From Paragordius varius (Eukaryota > Animalia > Nematomorpha): DNA of 64,000 nt. The position numbers and the translations under genes are program-made. Location of the stretch: the NCBI GenBank assembly GCA_964247055.1, contig OZ176052.1, positions 9,734,001-9,798,000 of the forward strand. Reading direction: 5' to 3'. Positions 1 to 14,837 of the stretch are shown here, in pieces; position 1 is the stretch's first letter, and each line of letters starts with the position of its first letter. The notes beneath the pieces are model-generated. The model did not search any database. It was given only the letters and a program-made list of their open reading frames with translations, and had not been told where the DNA came from.

Positions 1-258
1 ACCTCTATTAATGTTAACAAATTAAATATAAAAATTTGTCAGTATTGTAATTATCGAATACAATGTTGTTGTTTTTTATAGTTTTTTTCATATTTACCAA
101 AAAAATTTAAACCCCTTATAAAATTTGCAATAAATAAACCGTTAATAACTTTAAAAACTAAAATACAGTATAACACAACCTAATATAAATTTTTAGATAT
201 TTTTTATTATATAAAAAATTATTTGTTTTTAATAGATTTTATTTTATATAAATTATAG

Positions 259-1532
259 ATTCTAAGCCGATTACAACTACTCTTAAGCTTTCGGGCGAAG
301 TTACATTCAATCCTCAAACAAGTTGCATGTGAAAATGTAACCGTATTTTCTGACAAAAATATTTTTAGGTAAAGTTTAATTAATTCTTATAAACTGAAGC
401 TTCGATATTTTTTAATTAGAAAATCTATGCGTTCTGAAGGTTTCTTACTGTTCAATATAATGATCATTGTGTTGAAAGGATTAAAGATGTTTACTTTTAA
501 TATATTAATTTAAGATTTTGTTGGAAAATAAAAAATTCTTTGAGAACGCTATATATTTTGATATTAAGTGAGTGTTAAATTATTGTAATTTTGCATATTT
601 TATGGATACTTTTATTTGTAGTAATCTACATTTTTAACATTGTTAAAGGTAGAATATAGGAGGTTAGGTATTTTGGATTTTTTTATTTACTCTTTGTCAT
701 CTCTTAAAATATAGCATGTAGTAATTTCTTTACATTATTATACCGCAATTATCAGTTTTTTATAAAAATTTTAATAATTATAAAATCATTATATTTTTTG
801 ACTGGCCGAATTGAGAATTGACAAACAATATTTCGAAAATTTAATATAATTTATCATAAATGTTATAATTATAGGACAATTTTAATTATGAAAAATAAAT
901 ATCCCCTAAGCTCAGCAAATTTTTCAAAGATAATATAAAAGTTTGAAACATTAAAAACAAATTTTTTTAGAATTATATTAACAATTTATACCAATATACC
1001 AGTAATATATGTAAAATCGTTGCTATCCCAATCAAAAAACATGCCAATATTGCCGTTTATTGATAAACGCCGATTAATTATATTCTACAACCAAATGCCA
1101 CAAAATCTTTTTAAAATTAGTTCTGAAATTATTTTATGTTCATTATATGCCTAAATAATGTATATTTTTTGTTTAATAGATTTGATACCATGTGCCTACT
1201 AAAAGAACCATTTTCCATTTACAAACTCTGTATTGAAATGACTCCACAATCGTTTGAAAGCTTAGACTCCACTTCTGTAACTCCCGTATTAATTTATGGG
1301 ACAAATCAGTAAGAAAAAAATTTACCTATTTTTTTAAGTTTTTTACCATAGGATAAAAAAAGATTCTATTTGATTTTTATTTTTTTGTTAACATATTGAC
1401 CCTTTTTTATATTGACACAGAGATTCAAAAATAAATGAACACATTGAAAAATGCAAGATATCTTGTGTTGATCGATATTGGGAATTCATATTAGAAATTA
1501 CAAACATTTTTTCACAACACCCTTACAAATAA
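259..1532 (+). CDS. 3' part of an unidentified multi-exon gene (best exons 1180-1308 and 1421-1532; possible upstream exons 259-328, 420-439)
   Basis: AG/GT-bounded phase-2 exons join in frame: FDTMCLLKEPFSIYKLCIEMTPQSFESLDSTSVTPVLIYGTNQ|DSKINEHIEKCKISCVDRYWEFILEITNIFSQHPYK* (TAA 1530-1532). No family recognised; upstream exons uncertain. Confidence 0.45.
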
Positions 1533-3058
1533 AGTCAGGATGTGCCACCGATCTATAATTATTTGATATGTCAAATTTTTATCTCATAAATAACTTTTAT
1601 TTAGACTCTTTAATCTTCATACATATACCCCTTATTTATCAAATAAATATAATGTCCTTTAAATTTGTAATCAGTAAATAAAATTTTGGTACCATAATAT
1701 GTATTTAATTGTAGCCATTTAAATTTATTTTGATATATTATTGTTTTTGAGATTTTAATTACCATATCTCTCTTTCTCTCTCTACCTTGACTAAAACGAT
1801 AGAATTTTATTTATTTTTAAGCCTAGTAGTCAAATGAAAGTACCGTCTTTCTTGTAATTTACTTTTCAAAACTCATCAGATCAAAATATTTGAGCCCGCG
1901 AGAAGATTGATTTTCTTAAACAACGTCTTTGAATAAATTTTCTCGAATTTCGGCCATGAACTAGCCAAAAATGTTGAAATAAATAGTGGTTTTTACAAAA
2001 TTATGTTTAAAATCTAATAAAATATTTGTTAATGCCCGTATATTTTGCGAATGCGACCCGTGAAGCCATTTATGTTGGATTAGAGCAATGATATTTTTTA
2101 TATATTTAATTCGGGATATTTATCAAATTTCAATCTTGCCAACCATATGACACTTTCCTCTTTTAACAAATCAATATTTTATAAATATAATATTCCCTAT
2201 AACGTTTCAGTATTTACATCCCCCTTCGCTACTAGTTGCGAACATAACCTAAAAATTTTACATCTTATATATACTTTTTCCCTTCAAAACACCCTTAAAC
2301 AATCTAAATTCACCCTAGAACATTTCCAACCATTCCTAAAAATATAATGTGTTTGTAGAAATAAAAATTACCTATATTTTTTGATGACTTAAAATCTTTA
2401 TTTTGTTTAAAATCAACACAACACTGAAAAATTGATAATATATACCATAAATAAGTACTTCATATCATTAATAAGTTAAATTAGCCCAAAAACATATAAT
2501 TTGGTATTAAATAAATTTAAACAAGGGTTAATTTGAAATGTAATTGGTACATAATCAAGTAAGATGGTTGAAATAAAAATATAAAGTATCTTATATTGTT
2601 AAAAACACTTGAAAGATGGCAGATCGCGTAATTTAATGACAGATACGGGGCGATATTTGATAAAAAAACTTTTTTAATTATTTTCACGTATTAATCTAAA
2701 ATTAAGGGTCTACTCGAGACATCTCCTCTCTTATATTTTTTATTATACTATATTTAGTAGTTAAAAGAGGTGATATTTTTAACACAACTTTTCAAATAAA
2801 TTGAAAAATGTTATACCTAATGAATTTTTTATTAACAGCAAATGTATTTTAAATATTTTGAAGGATTTTTCAATTATATAAATAATATAGTGATTATTTA
2901 TATAACGTATGTATAAATAATCATAATATGTACTTTGAACCTTAAAATAAAAAATAATCAATGTTTAATCTTTTTGCAATTCGAAAAAAGTCATAAGTTA
3001 AAAATAAATTTTAATTAAAAAAATCATTTTTTAAAAAAAGGATAGAATTTTGTTAAAA

Positions 3059-6000
3059 ATGCTTTGTCCCATAGTATATATCGCAATTATATCATTTCTA
3101 AAAGTCGATTCCAAATCATACAGTAATTTTAGGATATTTATAAATTAGCAAAATCAGAGAAAAATTCGATTCCACAAAACTTACTAAAATCTCAAAATGA
3201 AGTTTTTAAAGGCATACCAAGTAATATTCTCATATAATTAACTATCATTCACAGTATTATCTAGCAGCGAAATTGAAAGAATGCGATTAAAAGGTTTCAA
3301 ATGATTGATTGATTATATAATACAATTTTAGATCCATCCATATTAAATGTTGCTCCAGCCAAACCTAAAATGGCAATCCGCCCAAAAAAGAATAATAAGA
3401 AAAAATTTAAAAACAGAAATCCAGGTAAAACAATTTTTCACGATTTTTAAATAAATTTCACGATGCAACGGTTAAGTAAACACGAATGGCTATAAAATTT
3501 TTATAAATTTTATTTTCAGGGTATTCCGGTCCATACTAAAATGTCTATATTGTATATAATTCAAATTTGCTAAATATTTTATCAATACTGTGTAAGAAAT
3601 TATTAATATATTCATCCTGTACAAAAATAGAATTACCAAGTTTTGAAAGAAAACATTGAAAGTTTGATCAACATGTGTATGATTAGGGAATAATAAAATT
3701 TATTTAAAATGTTTAAGGGTGAATATCAACACTGTACGGTAAATTTAATTAGTAGCGTATTAAAGGGTTAATGGTTTTTTTATATAATTTATTGGCATAT
3801 TATTAAACTTGATGAATTTTAACAATAGGAGAAAATCGCAAAAATACTACTGTTAAACCACCAACAGAACAATTTCAAAAACCTTTTAATATCATTGAAG
3901 GTAAATTGTTTTAATCATTTATAATTAAGGTAACCTATCGAAAACAACATATTTAGAAGCTTTGGATAAATATATTTTTACATTTTTAATAAATTTGTAT
4001 GCAAATTTTTTTATATAATAGCATACTTAATTGAGATTGACTGCTACTTTTTCTTTTTTGGTTATTTTAAAGGATTAAAAATTAGAAAATCAAAAAATAT
4101 TATATTTGACTTAAAGTCGGCGATGGATTACTAAAATTTTCGTAGATTGAGGTCAAAATTTACATTTTTTTATTTAAATTTTGTATATATTTTAATTGTT
4201 AATAATTGTAAAACTATACCATGGCCAAAAGATATGTACAAAAATAGTTTTTATATACATAAAATAAAGTTTATATATCCGACCATATATAACTATAAAA
4301 AAATCCATTTAATAATTTGGTATTTATAGATCATGTTGGGCAAGTAAACAATGCAAACATAAACCAGACTCAAAGTGCAAAAGTAAAAAACTCAAATCGA
4401 ACAATTCCTAAAGAAGGAGAAAAACTGTGTAATTAAAATCAAATCCACATCGTTTTAATGAGATTTATTATTTGAGATTATTTTTTAGCTAATAGGTCAG
4501 CCATATCAAAATTTGAAAATTTAACAGCAGGTATTTTACATAAATTATTCTAATCAATTTTTCCATAGGAGCTTTACTTACTTATTGGATTGCACAAGAT
4601 GCAATGTCAAGAAATCTTTCCACAAACCTCAGTCAAAGTTTAAATTATATTATTTAATATCTTTTATTTATTTGATCTAGTAATGAATTCATTGAAACAA
4701 TTCAAAAGTAATAATATCTTTTCTAAAAAATCTATTTTATGATAGAAATCCGCACATATGTCAATGACTGTAATTTTTCATATCATCCATGATATGATAT
4801 ATTTTAATTGTATCTCTTCTAGCTCACGAAGTACCCATCAATGAATCCTGGAAATCTGATATACTGTTCATAAATGCAGACTCTGGTATACATTATAATA
4901 TACTGAAATATAGAACAGACAAACTTTAAGTATTAAGGATATTTATGATAGAAAAAAACAGTTATTATTATTATATGTAGGTTTAATATTCAAAGATGGG
5001 ATACCTGTTAGGGGGTTTTGTTGAAATTTTACCCAAGAGGCCCACACAGTTTGCTGATATGCTATTTGGCAATAATTAATAACTTTCTAGCAATATATAC
5101 TTATTTATACTGTTAATCACATCCAAGCATAATATTTTTAAGTTTTATGTATATATGTATAAATTGATTTTTTACCAGAATCCGATCCTAATAACAATTC
5201 AACTAAACATGTCATAGAGGAAACTTATACAGTACCAGAAGCTGTGGTATCGAATTTGTTAAATGCGACAAATCAACATTCACCCAATTTTGACGGTAGT
5301 AATATTTTAAAAAAACAAAAAAAACCTATCTTTTTTATGAGTTTTTGGATGTAAAAATATATTAACAACTAAAATTTTTGAGTTATTTACCTTATTTTAA
5401 CGTAAAAATTGGTTAACGTTTTTTTCATTTTAATCTCAATTTTATTTATATATTATTTTCCAATTCAATCTAGATGTTAAACTCGTTCCAACGCATAATG
5501 GTGGAGGCTCATCATTATGTAAAATCATATACAATAGCTAAATTAATTTTTAAAAATTATAAAATTATTTATAAAAATATTTATATTTTAAATTATCCTT
5601 CCTATAACTTTTTAGCAACACCAGGTACATAAGTTTTTTCAGGGTAAATAAAATGGTAAAATTGAAGTTATATTTAAAATTTTATTGAATTTTAGTGAAA
5701 GTGGGTAAGATAGGGGTTATCATATTTCGATAACATTTTGATAAATATATATATATATATATAGTTACGGGCTTGTCGGCAGGTATTTACATGGGATTAA
5801 ATGATCTACAAAAATAATTAATTGATAATGTAGTATCTGCTGGTATGTTTACTCATATAAAAAATATAGTCTAGTATGGATATTTAATGCTCACGTTATA
5901 GTTGGTCAATTGGCAATACAGTAGTGTATGGAAAAAAACAACAAAATGTTAATAATAACCGATTTTTTCCTATCTTACATTAATTTATTTCATTAGTTAA

Positions 6001-9000
6001 ATATGGGCAAAATTTGTTTTATAACACACACTACTGTATTACTAATTGGCCAACAATAATGTGAATCAACCACCATAAATGTGCCTATTGTATATATAGT
6101 GGCACTATTCAATTATACATGAAAACTTTGTTAATTTACTTAAACGTATAAAACAGTTGTAGTTGGTACCAACATACTTTCTGCCGGTTCATCTCTCCCA
6201 GGTGCAATAGGCTTGGGCTTGGGTTCTCCACCAATCAATCAGCAACCTCACCTTCCGCAATCGGTTAATGAAGGGCCTCCTCTTGGTAAAATATTAAAGT
6301 GTTTATTGTAAAAGTTCAAAATTATAATTTATTTTACAAAAGCACCAAATTTATTGTGTGTTTAAACAACAAGCTTATAATTTTATATAAACGCTTATTT
6401 TTATAACCTTTCTGGTAATTGTGAATGAGCTGCGGTTTATATATTACAAAAGATGCTACTATTTCTATCCCCCTGAGAGGCTTAGCTTGCATTTCTGCCC
6501 CCCTTGCCCGTCATGCGATCCCTTGCATTTTAAAAAATCATTCAAACTGTGGTTATGACCACTCATAAATGGGTGATTTTTTATGTATTAATTATAAAAT
6601 TAAAAATTTCAAAATCCAGCGCCCCTTCAACTATGGCGCCCGATGCATCAGCCCTCCTTTTCTCCCCCTCTCTAGCGACGCCTCTGTACCCTCTTCAAAA
6701 AATACAAATATTACATCAAATTCAAAAAAAATGCACATGCCTATAAAGCTCACTCACAAAGGGCTGTAGTGCCGTTGTATGATCTTGTTAATAACCAATG
6801 GGCCACACATTTTTACCATAAGAATTTGAATGAAACATATTTATATTCTAACAAAAATATAGCCAAAGGAGGAAACATTGGCTGAAAAAATAATTATTCA
6901 GTGTGCATTTTAATGGTTGTTTATTTCACACTATAGTTGGGCGATTCGCAACACAGTAGTGTATCGAAAAAAGAAAGGAAAAGATTGTTTTTCCAAAATT
7001 TTGTTGCTTTTTCCATGCACTTCTGTGTTGCAAATTGCCCAAATATAGTGGGAAATAAGCAATTATTAAAATACATACTGTATTTGAAATATATTATTAC
7101 TCCACTGTAATTTTATCAAAAACTATGAAGAAAATTAAGACTAAAAATTATATGTCTTTTTATTTTAGATAACAATTTAAACATCGGACAGTTATTGGAG
7201 TCTGGTAAAATTGATTGCATGCTAATTATATTATTAGGTCCAACAAGTAAGAATATATATTTAGATTTAATAAATTCCAGTTCCTCCAAACATCGATCGC
7301 CAAGGTTAATTTTATTTCAAATGATTATTTAACATCATTTTCACAATATATAGACATTCAAAATTTGGCCACATACGCTGCTGTAGGTAATATAAAGGAC
7401 ACTTTCTTTTAAAATATACTTTTCAAAGCGATAATCCAATATTTGCTGTATATTTTACTTTTTAATAAAATTCATAGGTGGTGCGTTACACACTTACACA
7501 ATTTCAAGTAGTTCAGGTCGGTACTTTTTGGTAAAAAATGTATTTTGAAAAATCTTTTGAGTCACGGCTTCCAAAAAGAAACATTTTAAAATTAATTTTT
7601 TTTAATTATATATGGGTCATTTATTGGTTTTTTACAATGATGATGTGTATATTACTACAGAATATTTAATAATTAATCTCGATCGAACATATTACTACGC
7701 TAGCTATAATATTTTGATAATCTCTAAAAAGTTTTAGAAATTATGTTATGTTCATTTTGACTTATTGTTTTTAAATATTAATAAAAATTGTAAATAGATA
7801 GTCCTTTATATATACAATAAGATTATCTGTTTTAAATAAATAAATTTATTCAAATTATGGTCTGATACAGATTATAAATGAAAAATTCATATACCCAATT
7901 TTTGCATGATCAAACCTTCACATCCTTAAAATTTTACAAATTAATATATAAGTTTCACCATATATACTAATTTTTGGTTTCTTGATTTATCATTTGATTT
8001 CAAATGGGGGTTCAATCATAAATATCTTACCAAATTTTTCTAATTTTGAAAAATTGGAGTGTTAACTCAAGGCTATTTACTATATACAATGAAATATCTT
8101 TTTAGGTTCGTCAACCAGCATGGAGAGTTCTTCAGAGCCGCTTGATTTATCACGTATGGAATTTTAAAATAATTTAGAGTGGACCCATCCCCACCTTTTT
8201 TTATTATTAACTTTTCCTTAAATTATAGTACTTTTAAATTGGATACACCGTTCCACAAACATATTAACTAATGGATATTTTTGGATCTCGCATCATGGAC
8301 CAAAACCACTAAAAATTTAATGTTAAATTAATTGAATATTATGTAAAAAAAATTATTTTTAACTATTCTCAAAAAAGAGTCCTGATCAGATGACATAGTT
8401 TTTTTCACATCGGGTAAAATATGAGAGGTGAGGGTGTCCACTGTTTAAATTTTGAGCGAAAATATATACATATATGTGTATATGGTAAATAGCTGAAAGA
8501 CCAAACCATATAAATGATAATAATGCTATGCATTCCTCTAGCAGTATGTGTTAGATATTTAATCCCTCCAATAAATTACAAAATTTTGATATTTATAAAA
8601 TTCAACTTTTAAGGTTCATCGACAGTTAGCGCAGAAGAATCTGTAGAACCACTTGATCTATCTGGTAAATTATATAATGATTCAATCTTTTTTTAGATGT
8701 TTTTAGCGATTTAAAACTTTAATTTTGTTTTTGTAGTTCAACAGCCACGGAACGAAAGATGGAGGCCCTACAATAGGAGTATTCTTTTTCTATTATTCTT
8801 ATTTAAAGGCATAAATACATTGTGTCCACAAAAAATAACCTGTTGAAATATATATATGATAGAAAAATGTATCAGGATTACAGTAAAAATTGAAATTACG
8901 GACAAAACGTAAAAATATAAAGACAAATATTTTTTTCCAAAAGACAACCATACTTTTTAAATCTTGATTTTTTAATTATAACTCATTATTTTGTACTGCA

Positions 9001-12000
9001 AAGTATAAAATTGTTATGTATATTGGTAAAACAATCAATTTTTTATTTTACAATTGTATTTATATAATTTATATGAAAAAAATGAATGTTTAAAAAAGTG
9101 TGGTTGTCTTTTGAAAAAAAAATATTTGTTTATATTATTAAGTTTTGTCCGTATAATTTCAATTTTTACTGTATCATGGTGCTTTTGGTTTTGGTCTTTA
9201 TGAGTGATATAACAAAGTTAATACCAATTTTGTGGTAACTACTCCATATCAGAAAATGGCAAAATTTGACATTTTAAAATAAAAAATTTTTGAAAGCTAA
9301 GTGCTTCGTTTAAAAAATATCACTAAAATATATTGTAAACCACCTATAAAAAGAAGCAAAATAAATTTAGAAATATTTTCATTTTTAGATCTCCGAAAGT
9401 CCCAAATATTTTGCTCCTAATGACCTAGTTCTTTTAAAAAAAACGCAAAAATGCCGGGATCTACTGATAAAATTTTTAAATACATGCTAACATTTTTCCT
9501 CTACTGTTATTTTTTATGATGCCCAATATTTGGCTTTTCCTTATCAAAATATTTTTTAACCAATGATACTTCAATAAAAAGATCATTTTCAGAAATATTA
9601 CGATTTGGGAATTTTAGAAAAATTTATTCAAATGATTTTTGAACATCGTCTAAGTAAATTCTGGTTTTAATGTAATCCAATATAAATGATCAATATCATT
9701 GAATTGTACCGTTCAGTCTTCTAAATAATCTTTGCAGTTGGTATAAAACCATTTTAGAGTTTATGATATCTGCACATTGATCTTCGAGCTCGTTTATACT
9801 ATTGCGAATAGTAAATGGCAGAAAATTATTTTCTAACCTCTCTTGACATTAGTATTTTAAATTAATAACATTTGCTATTTCGATTCCAAATAATTTGTCA
9901 CCTTATAAGTTTAATGCCGCAAGAAAAGCTTGATTTTGTAAAAACTCTAGCCATATTTTTGAAGATTTACTTTCAAAAAATTTTTCTAAAATTGTAGGGC
10001 ACTTATTTTGCGATAGAACGTATAGGATTTTAAGGGATTACATTTTCAAAATATTCTTTTGATAGCTGGCAGAAGAGCTAACCAACGCGTTTTACAGTAT
10101 CCAAGTATTTTCTGATATTCCGCATTTTCACAAAATACTTTAAGCCTTTCAACGCGTAGAGTGTATATGTAGAAATAATAATATGTTTTAATAACAATAT
10201 TTTCCACATATACTGGTAACAGGTCAGCAGCTATTTGAATAGCCTTATGTATTATATGCGCTGCACACCAATAATATTTTGTTTCAGATCTTTGGCTAAT
10301 TTATAAAAAATATTATTTGTGCATCTTTTCGCTTTTCCTCCGGAATTATTATTCGTATTGTCTGCACAGTATGCTATAATTTTGTGTTTTAAATTATTTC
10401 TTGCCAAAATATCAAGAATAAAACTAAAAATTATTTTAGAATTTTCACAGGTAAAGAAATAAAATCTAATATTTTAATTTTAACCCGAGTATCCGAATCA
10501 AAATATCGTATGATGGTTGGAAATAATTTTATTTCTTTATGATTAGATGCGTCAAAATATACGGATATAAAACTAATTTTTTGTATATCGGGAAAGCACA
10601 TTACATACTATTGCCTCGGCCTTTGTTCTAGCACATTTTTTATTAAATAGCTTTCTGAATACTTGTGAATCAATTTAAAGAAATGGTTGTGATTAACAGC
10701 AAATGATATAATTTCTTCAGCTAATGATAAATTATTTTCTTCATCTCAATAAGTTGATTTAAAAAGAATGTGGTATTTTGGAAGATGATGCAGCTAAACA
10801 TCTTTTATGTTTCTGTGTCTCCAAAAATCTTTTTTTCCGCCGTGCAAAATACTGAATTCGCCGTTGTTTGACATTTAACTATGTGGTACTTTTTAGATTT
10901 TTTAATTAAAGGAAATTCACTTCTTAAATCATCGGTGAGTTTACATCCTCTTTTTGTACGCATTTTGTTAATCTAAAATAAGTTATATCAATATGAATAT
11001 ATTACTTAATATAATTTTCTATGAATAAGTAGCAGATTTGATTTGACTGTTTAGTTAGCAGTACGAACACAAAAAAGCGCAAAATGATGAGTTTGATATA
11101 AAATTTATTTGGATTTTAAAAGTCAGGACTTTTAAAAAAGGAGCGGGACGCGGGACAAATAAATGGTAAAAAATCGGGACTGTCCCGCCAAAAGCGGGAC
11201 GTCTGGTCACCCTACGTTTCCATCATACCTAAAAATAGATGAAGTAAGCTTAAACAAAATTTTGCTAAAAATTAAATTTTTGTAAAAAATATGCATTTCA
11301 TTAAAAATATTTTTATTTATGTTTAGCATGTATAAAATTTAATCTTGCATTCCCGGCATTTTTGCGTTTTTTTGAAGGACTAGCCCATTAAGAGCGAAAA
11401 AATGGGACTTTCGGAGCCCTAGCCCAAAAATTAAAATATTTCAAAATTTGTTTTGCTTTTTATGGGTAGTTTATAATATATTTTTGTGACATTTTTTAAA
11501 TGAAGCATTTAGCTTTGAAAAAAATTTCTTTAAAAAATCAGGGCAGATTTTGCCATTTTCTGATATGGAGCACTTACCAAGTGTAAATAACTTTCTTATA
11601 TCACTCCTAAAGACCAAAACCAAAAGCACGATGATAAATACATTTTTCTCTAGAATATATGTATATTTAATCTGTATTTATTTATAACCCTCTATTTTGG
11701 ACACAGTGTTATTATAAATTATAAATATGAATATCTTTATTTTTAATGGATATAATAGATTTACTCATGAGGATTTATAACATTATTTAGATATGCCAAG
11801 AAGGAATGGAAATGTCCTTTCAAATTGTATTTTTTCATGTTATTAATTTAACGCATCATAGTGTTCAGTGGCGGAACTATAAATTGTGGGCACCCCCGCA
11901 AGATTTAAATACTGTCCCCCCTTCCCATCCCAAAAAAATCGTTTGCAATTATCTTTTCACCTGGCGCATCACCTAGATTTGTAACGAAATATTATATTTA

Positions 12001-14797
12001 AAAATGATAATATTTACAAGACTTGGTATCAGTCTAATAAATGTTTTGCGTTCCTGGTATTTTTATATATAATGGTAAGTACCCCCCCCCCCTCCACTAC
12101 CAATTCCTCAGTCTTAAAATTCATTTTTAAATTTTAAAATAATTAAATAACTTATCAAGAGCATTAATCAGAAAAAAGTTTTAAAATTTTGTTTTCTCGA
12201 TGTTGTGTGAGCAAATTTTCTAATTTTATCTTTTTTATCCAATTTTTCTTTTCCCCTCCTTTTTTTGTTCACTATTATAGAAATTAATAAAGGGATAAAC
12301 AATATGATTATGGCTATAATTTAATGAATAAAAAAAATGCATTTTTTGCTCTACTCAGTAATATTAAAATTTACATGAACATATTTCCTCATAAAAATTA
12401 TAATATGTAATTTGTCTTTCACACTACATTAAAAAACATAATATATTTTTGCGCTATATTAATATGTTATTGCAAATGATTTTATTTGTAGTTATTTTAA
12501 TTTAACAGAGGCAAAAAAATACATCTGTCAAAATTTTGTGATTTTCATAAAACTAAATACTATAATATATATTAAAGTTTTACATACATGGCAGAAAACG
12601 CCATCTTTATATTAAATATAAAACATGCTATGGTGATTATTTTCTTAGCCTACCTTTGCAATTAGAAGTCTTAGTATTTCCTATCAAGCAATAGGTGGCT
12701 CTAAATATATAAGCCCCATCCTGGCTAATGGATTAAAAGGAGATATGATAATTGACTTGATTTAAGTACATTGCCCTCTCCGGGCTTTAAGTTCTCTGTT
12801 TTTTCTTTCACCAACTATGATTGGTCTTAAATCTTTAAATAATCAGTATATGTACAAACTCCTAACTGACAGTGTTCACCCGTGTATGTGTGGCTGATTA
12901 GTCCACAACAAGGACGAAACGCGTCTCACACTATGACACGTGGTAAACATTGTTCTCTTTAAATTTCGTTTCATAAAGCCACCTATTGCTTGATAGGAAG
13001 TACTGTGACTCGAATTGCAAAGGTAGGCTAGGAAAATAATCTCCATATATGTTTTATAATTTATAATTTTTAATAACAAAATAATTTAGGACTTGAAAAT
13101 TTATAAACTTCACTTAATTTTTGGTATCAACTATCTATACTCATTTATTTATTTTTTAGCTCTTTTCACTTTTTTAAGGTGCTAACTGGAGAGAATTTAA
13201 GGGTGTTTATTAATTACCAACTTGTAATAAAACCGCTTGAGATAGTTAAAAGTGTTTTCGCTTTCTTCCTTTCAATCAATAATAATTCTCTTTATTCTTT
13301 GCCAGTATACTTATCAGGCAATCATTACTTACATATCTGTAAATAAAAAAAGGTAATAAATTTTGGGCCCTAAGTCAAGATAAAAAGGGAGCCCAAATTA
13401 AATATAAGTAATAAGGGGCCCCTGTTTCGCCTTAGGCCTCCCCCGCACTGCTCCCCCTAGCTCCCCGTAGTTTCGCCACTGATAGTGTGTCATATTTGGG
13501 TTTTAAATGTAGTTTTTAATGGATAAAAAATTTTCCCAGCTTTTAGAAATCCAATGGAGATCAAATATTAAGGAATGAACTAAAAAATGACAGTTGCTGT
13601 TTTTGATTTATAAAAATTTTAAATGCGCTTAAAAACGGCTAAAAAGTTGCAAACAATATATCCATTTATGCCCTAAACCCTTACTTTAAATTCATCCTAT
13701 AATAAAATGTGTTTTTACATATAATTTACCCTTATTTTTTATTTATAAAAAAATAATTTTTCATTCAGAAAAAATAACAAACTATGCCATATCGAAATAT
13801 TATATTGATAATAATAAGTTACATCAGCGCAAAAAGGCATAATTTATGTTTAGGGTGAATTTGAAGTCTTTAAGGGTGAATGTGAGGTGTAAATGGTATA
13901 TAATATAATATATTAAAAAAATTATCTTTAATGTTAAAAAGTGAGGTATCTTAAATGTAAAAATTATAATTTTTTCCACATGAAATTAAAATAATTTTAT
14001 AAAAAAACAAGAATGTGGCCTATCACCCGTCGCTGTAATGGATGGAATGATTTGTGAATTGTTGATATATATTTTTGCAATAATAAATTTTTAAATATAT
14101 ATTTTCTTTTTAAATTTTTCTAAAACTTTTAGTCCAATATTTATTAAATTAAATTTTATCTACTAATTCTAGCATAACTTTTTGATTTAATCCTTGTGTT
14201 TAGACGACCCCCCTATACATTTTTTTGGCAAATAAGTACCCAAAAGCCATAAAATATATGAGAGCAATTAAATTCATTGATTGTTCTAAATAATTTTTGG
14301 TTAAACAAATTTATTTAGGGGTTATTTGTGTTATATCCTTATATTAAACGTCCAATGTGTTTTTAATGTAAACCTTGGTAAATTTTTAATAAAAAAATTC
14401 CAAATAAAAATTACCTTTTGAATCTAAATTTGTCTTATATATATCATATTTTTATCATATATTTTAGTTGAATCAACTACTTTTGCAAGTTTCAATTTTT
14501 TCTCTTTTAACCAAATGAGTTATCATATAAATTATATTTAATTAAATATAGGTATGACCAATATGCACCAAAGTAAATAACGTATATTTAAACATTTTAT
14601 GTCTAACTTTCCTATGACAAAAAAATTAAAAAAAAGCGCGATAAAATTTTAAATATAGGATAAGCTTTTTAATACAAAGTTTTTTAGAACTGAACAACTT
14701 AATAATTACTTTATTTTACAGACCTTGGTGAAGTTGAGAATTGTAAGTGATTCTTTTTCCTTTTAAATATTTAAAAACAAATTAACGCTCCTTTTCG

Positions 14798-14837
<40 letters not shown>

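Larger units (their letters stand above)
8818..11708. mobile_element. Long-TIR foldback MITE carrying nested insertions
   Basis: Ends cattgtgtcca / tggacacagtg; arms ~8818-8878 plus 9174-9490 mirror 11325-11708 (e.g. ctccatatcagaaaatggcaaaat / attttgccattttctgatatggag). Related sequence at ~53030-53820 and ~32110-32840. Confidence 0.7.

Noticed and set aside
2147-4329. ORF-track entries 2147-2347, 2779-2961 and 4147-4329 (also 17983, 22102, 28281, 31719, 32405, 33052, 38851, 50304)
   Set aside because: I/F/K/Y/N-rich translations typical of random AT-rich DNA, with no supporting splice structure or homology.
4981-5019. Possible extra exon GLIFKDGIPVRGF in the micro-exon gene
   Set aside because: The only phase-1 donor is weak and would create t|aa (stop) with the next exon; left out of the model.
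6549-6769. Two overlapping short ORFs
   Set aside because: Derived from a GC-rich hAT MITE with copies at 25047 and 63613.
5893-7050. CACTATAG / CACAGTG ends suggesting Transib or RSS-like elements
   Set aside because: The inverted arms extend beyond these motifs to CAGT..TA-type ends, so they are internal to Tc1/mariner-type MITEs; no 5-bp TSD seen.
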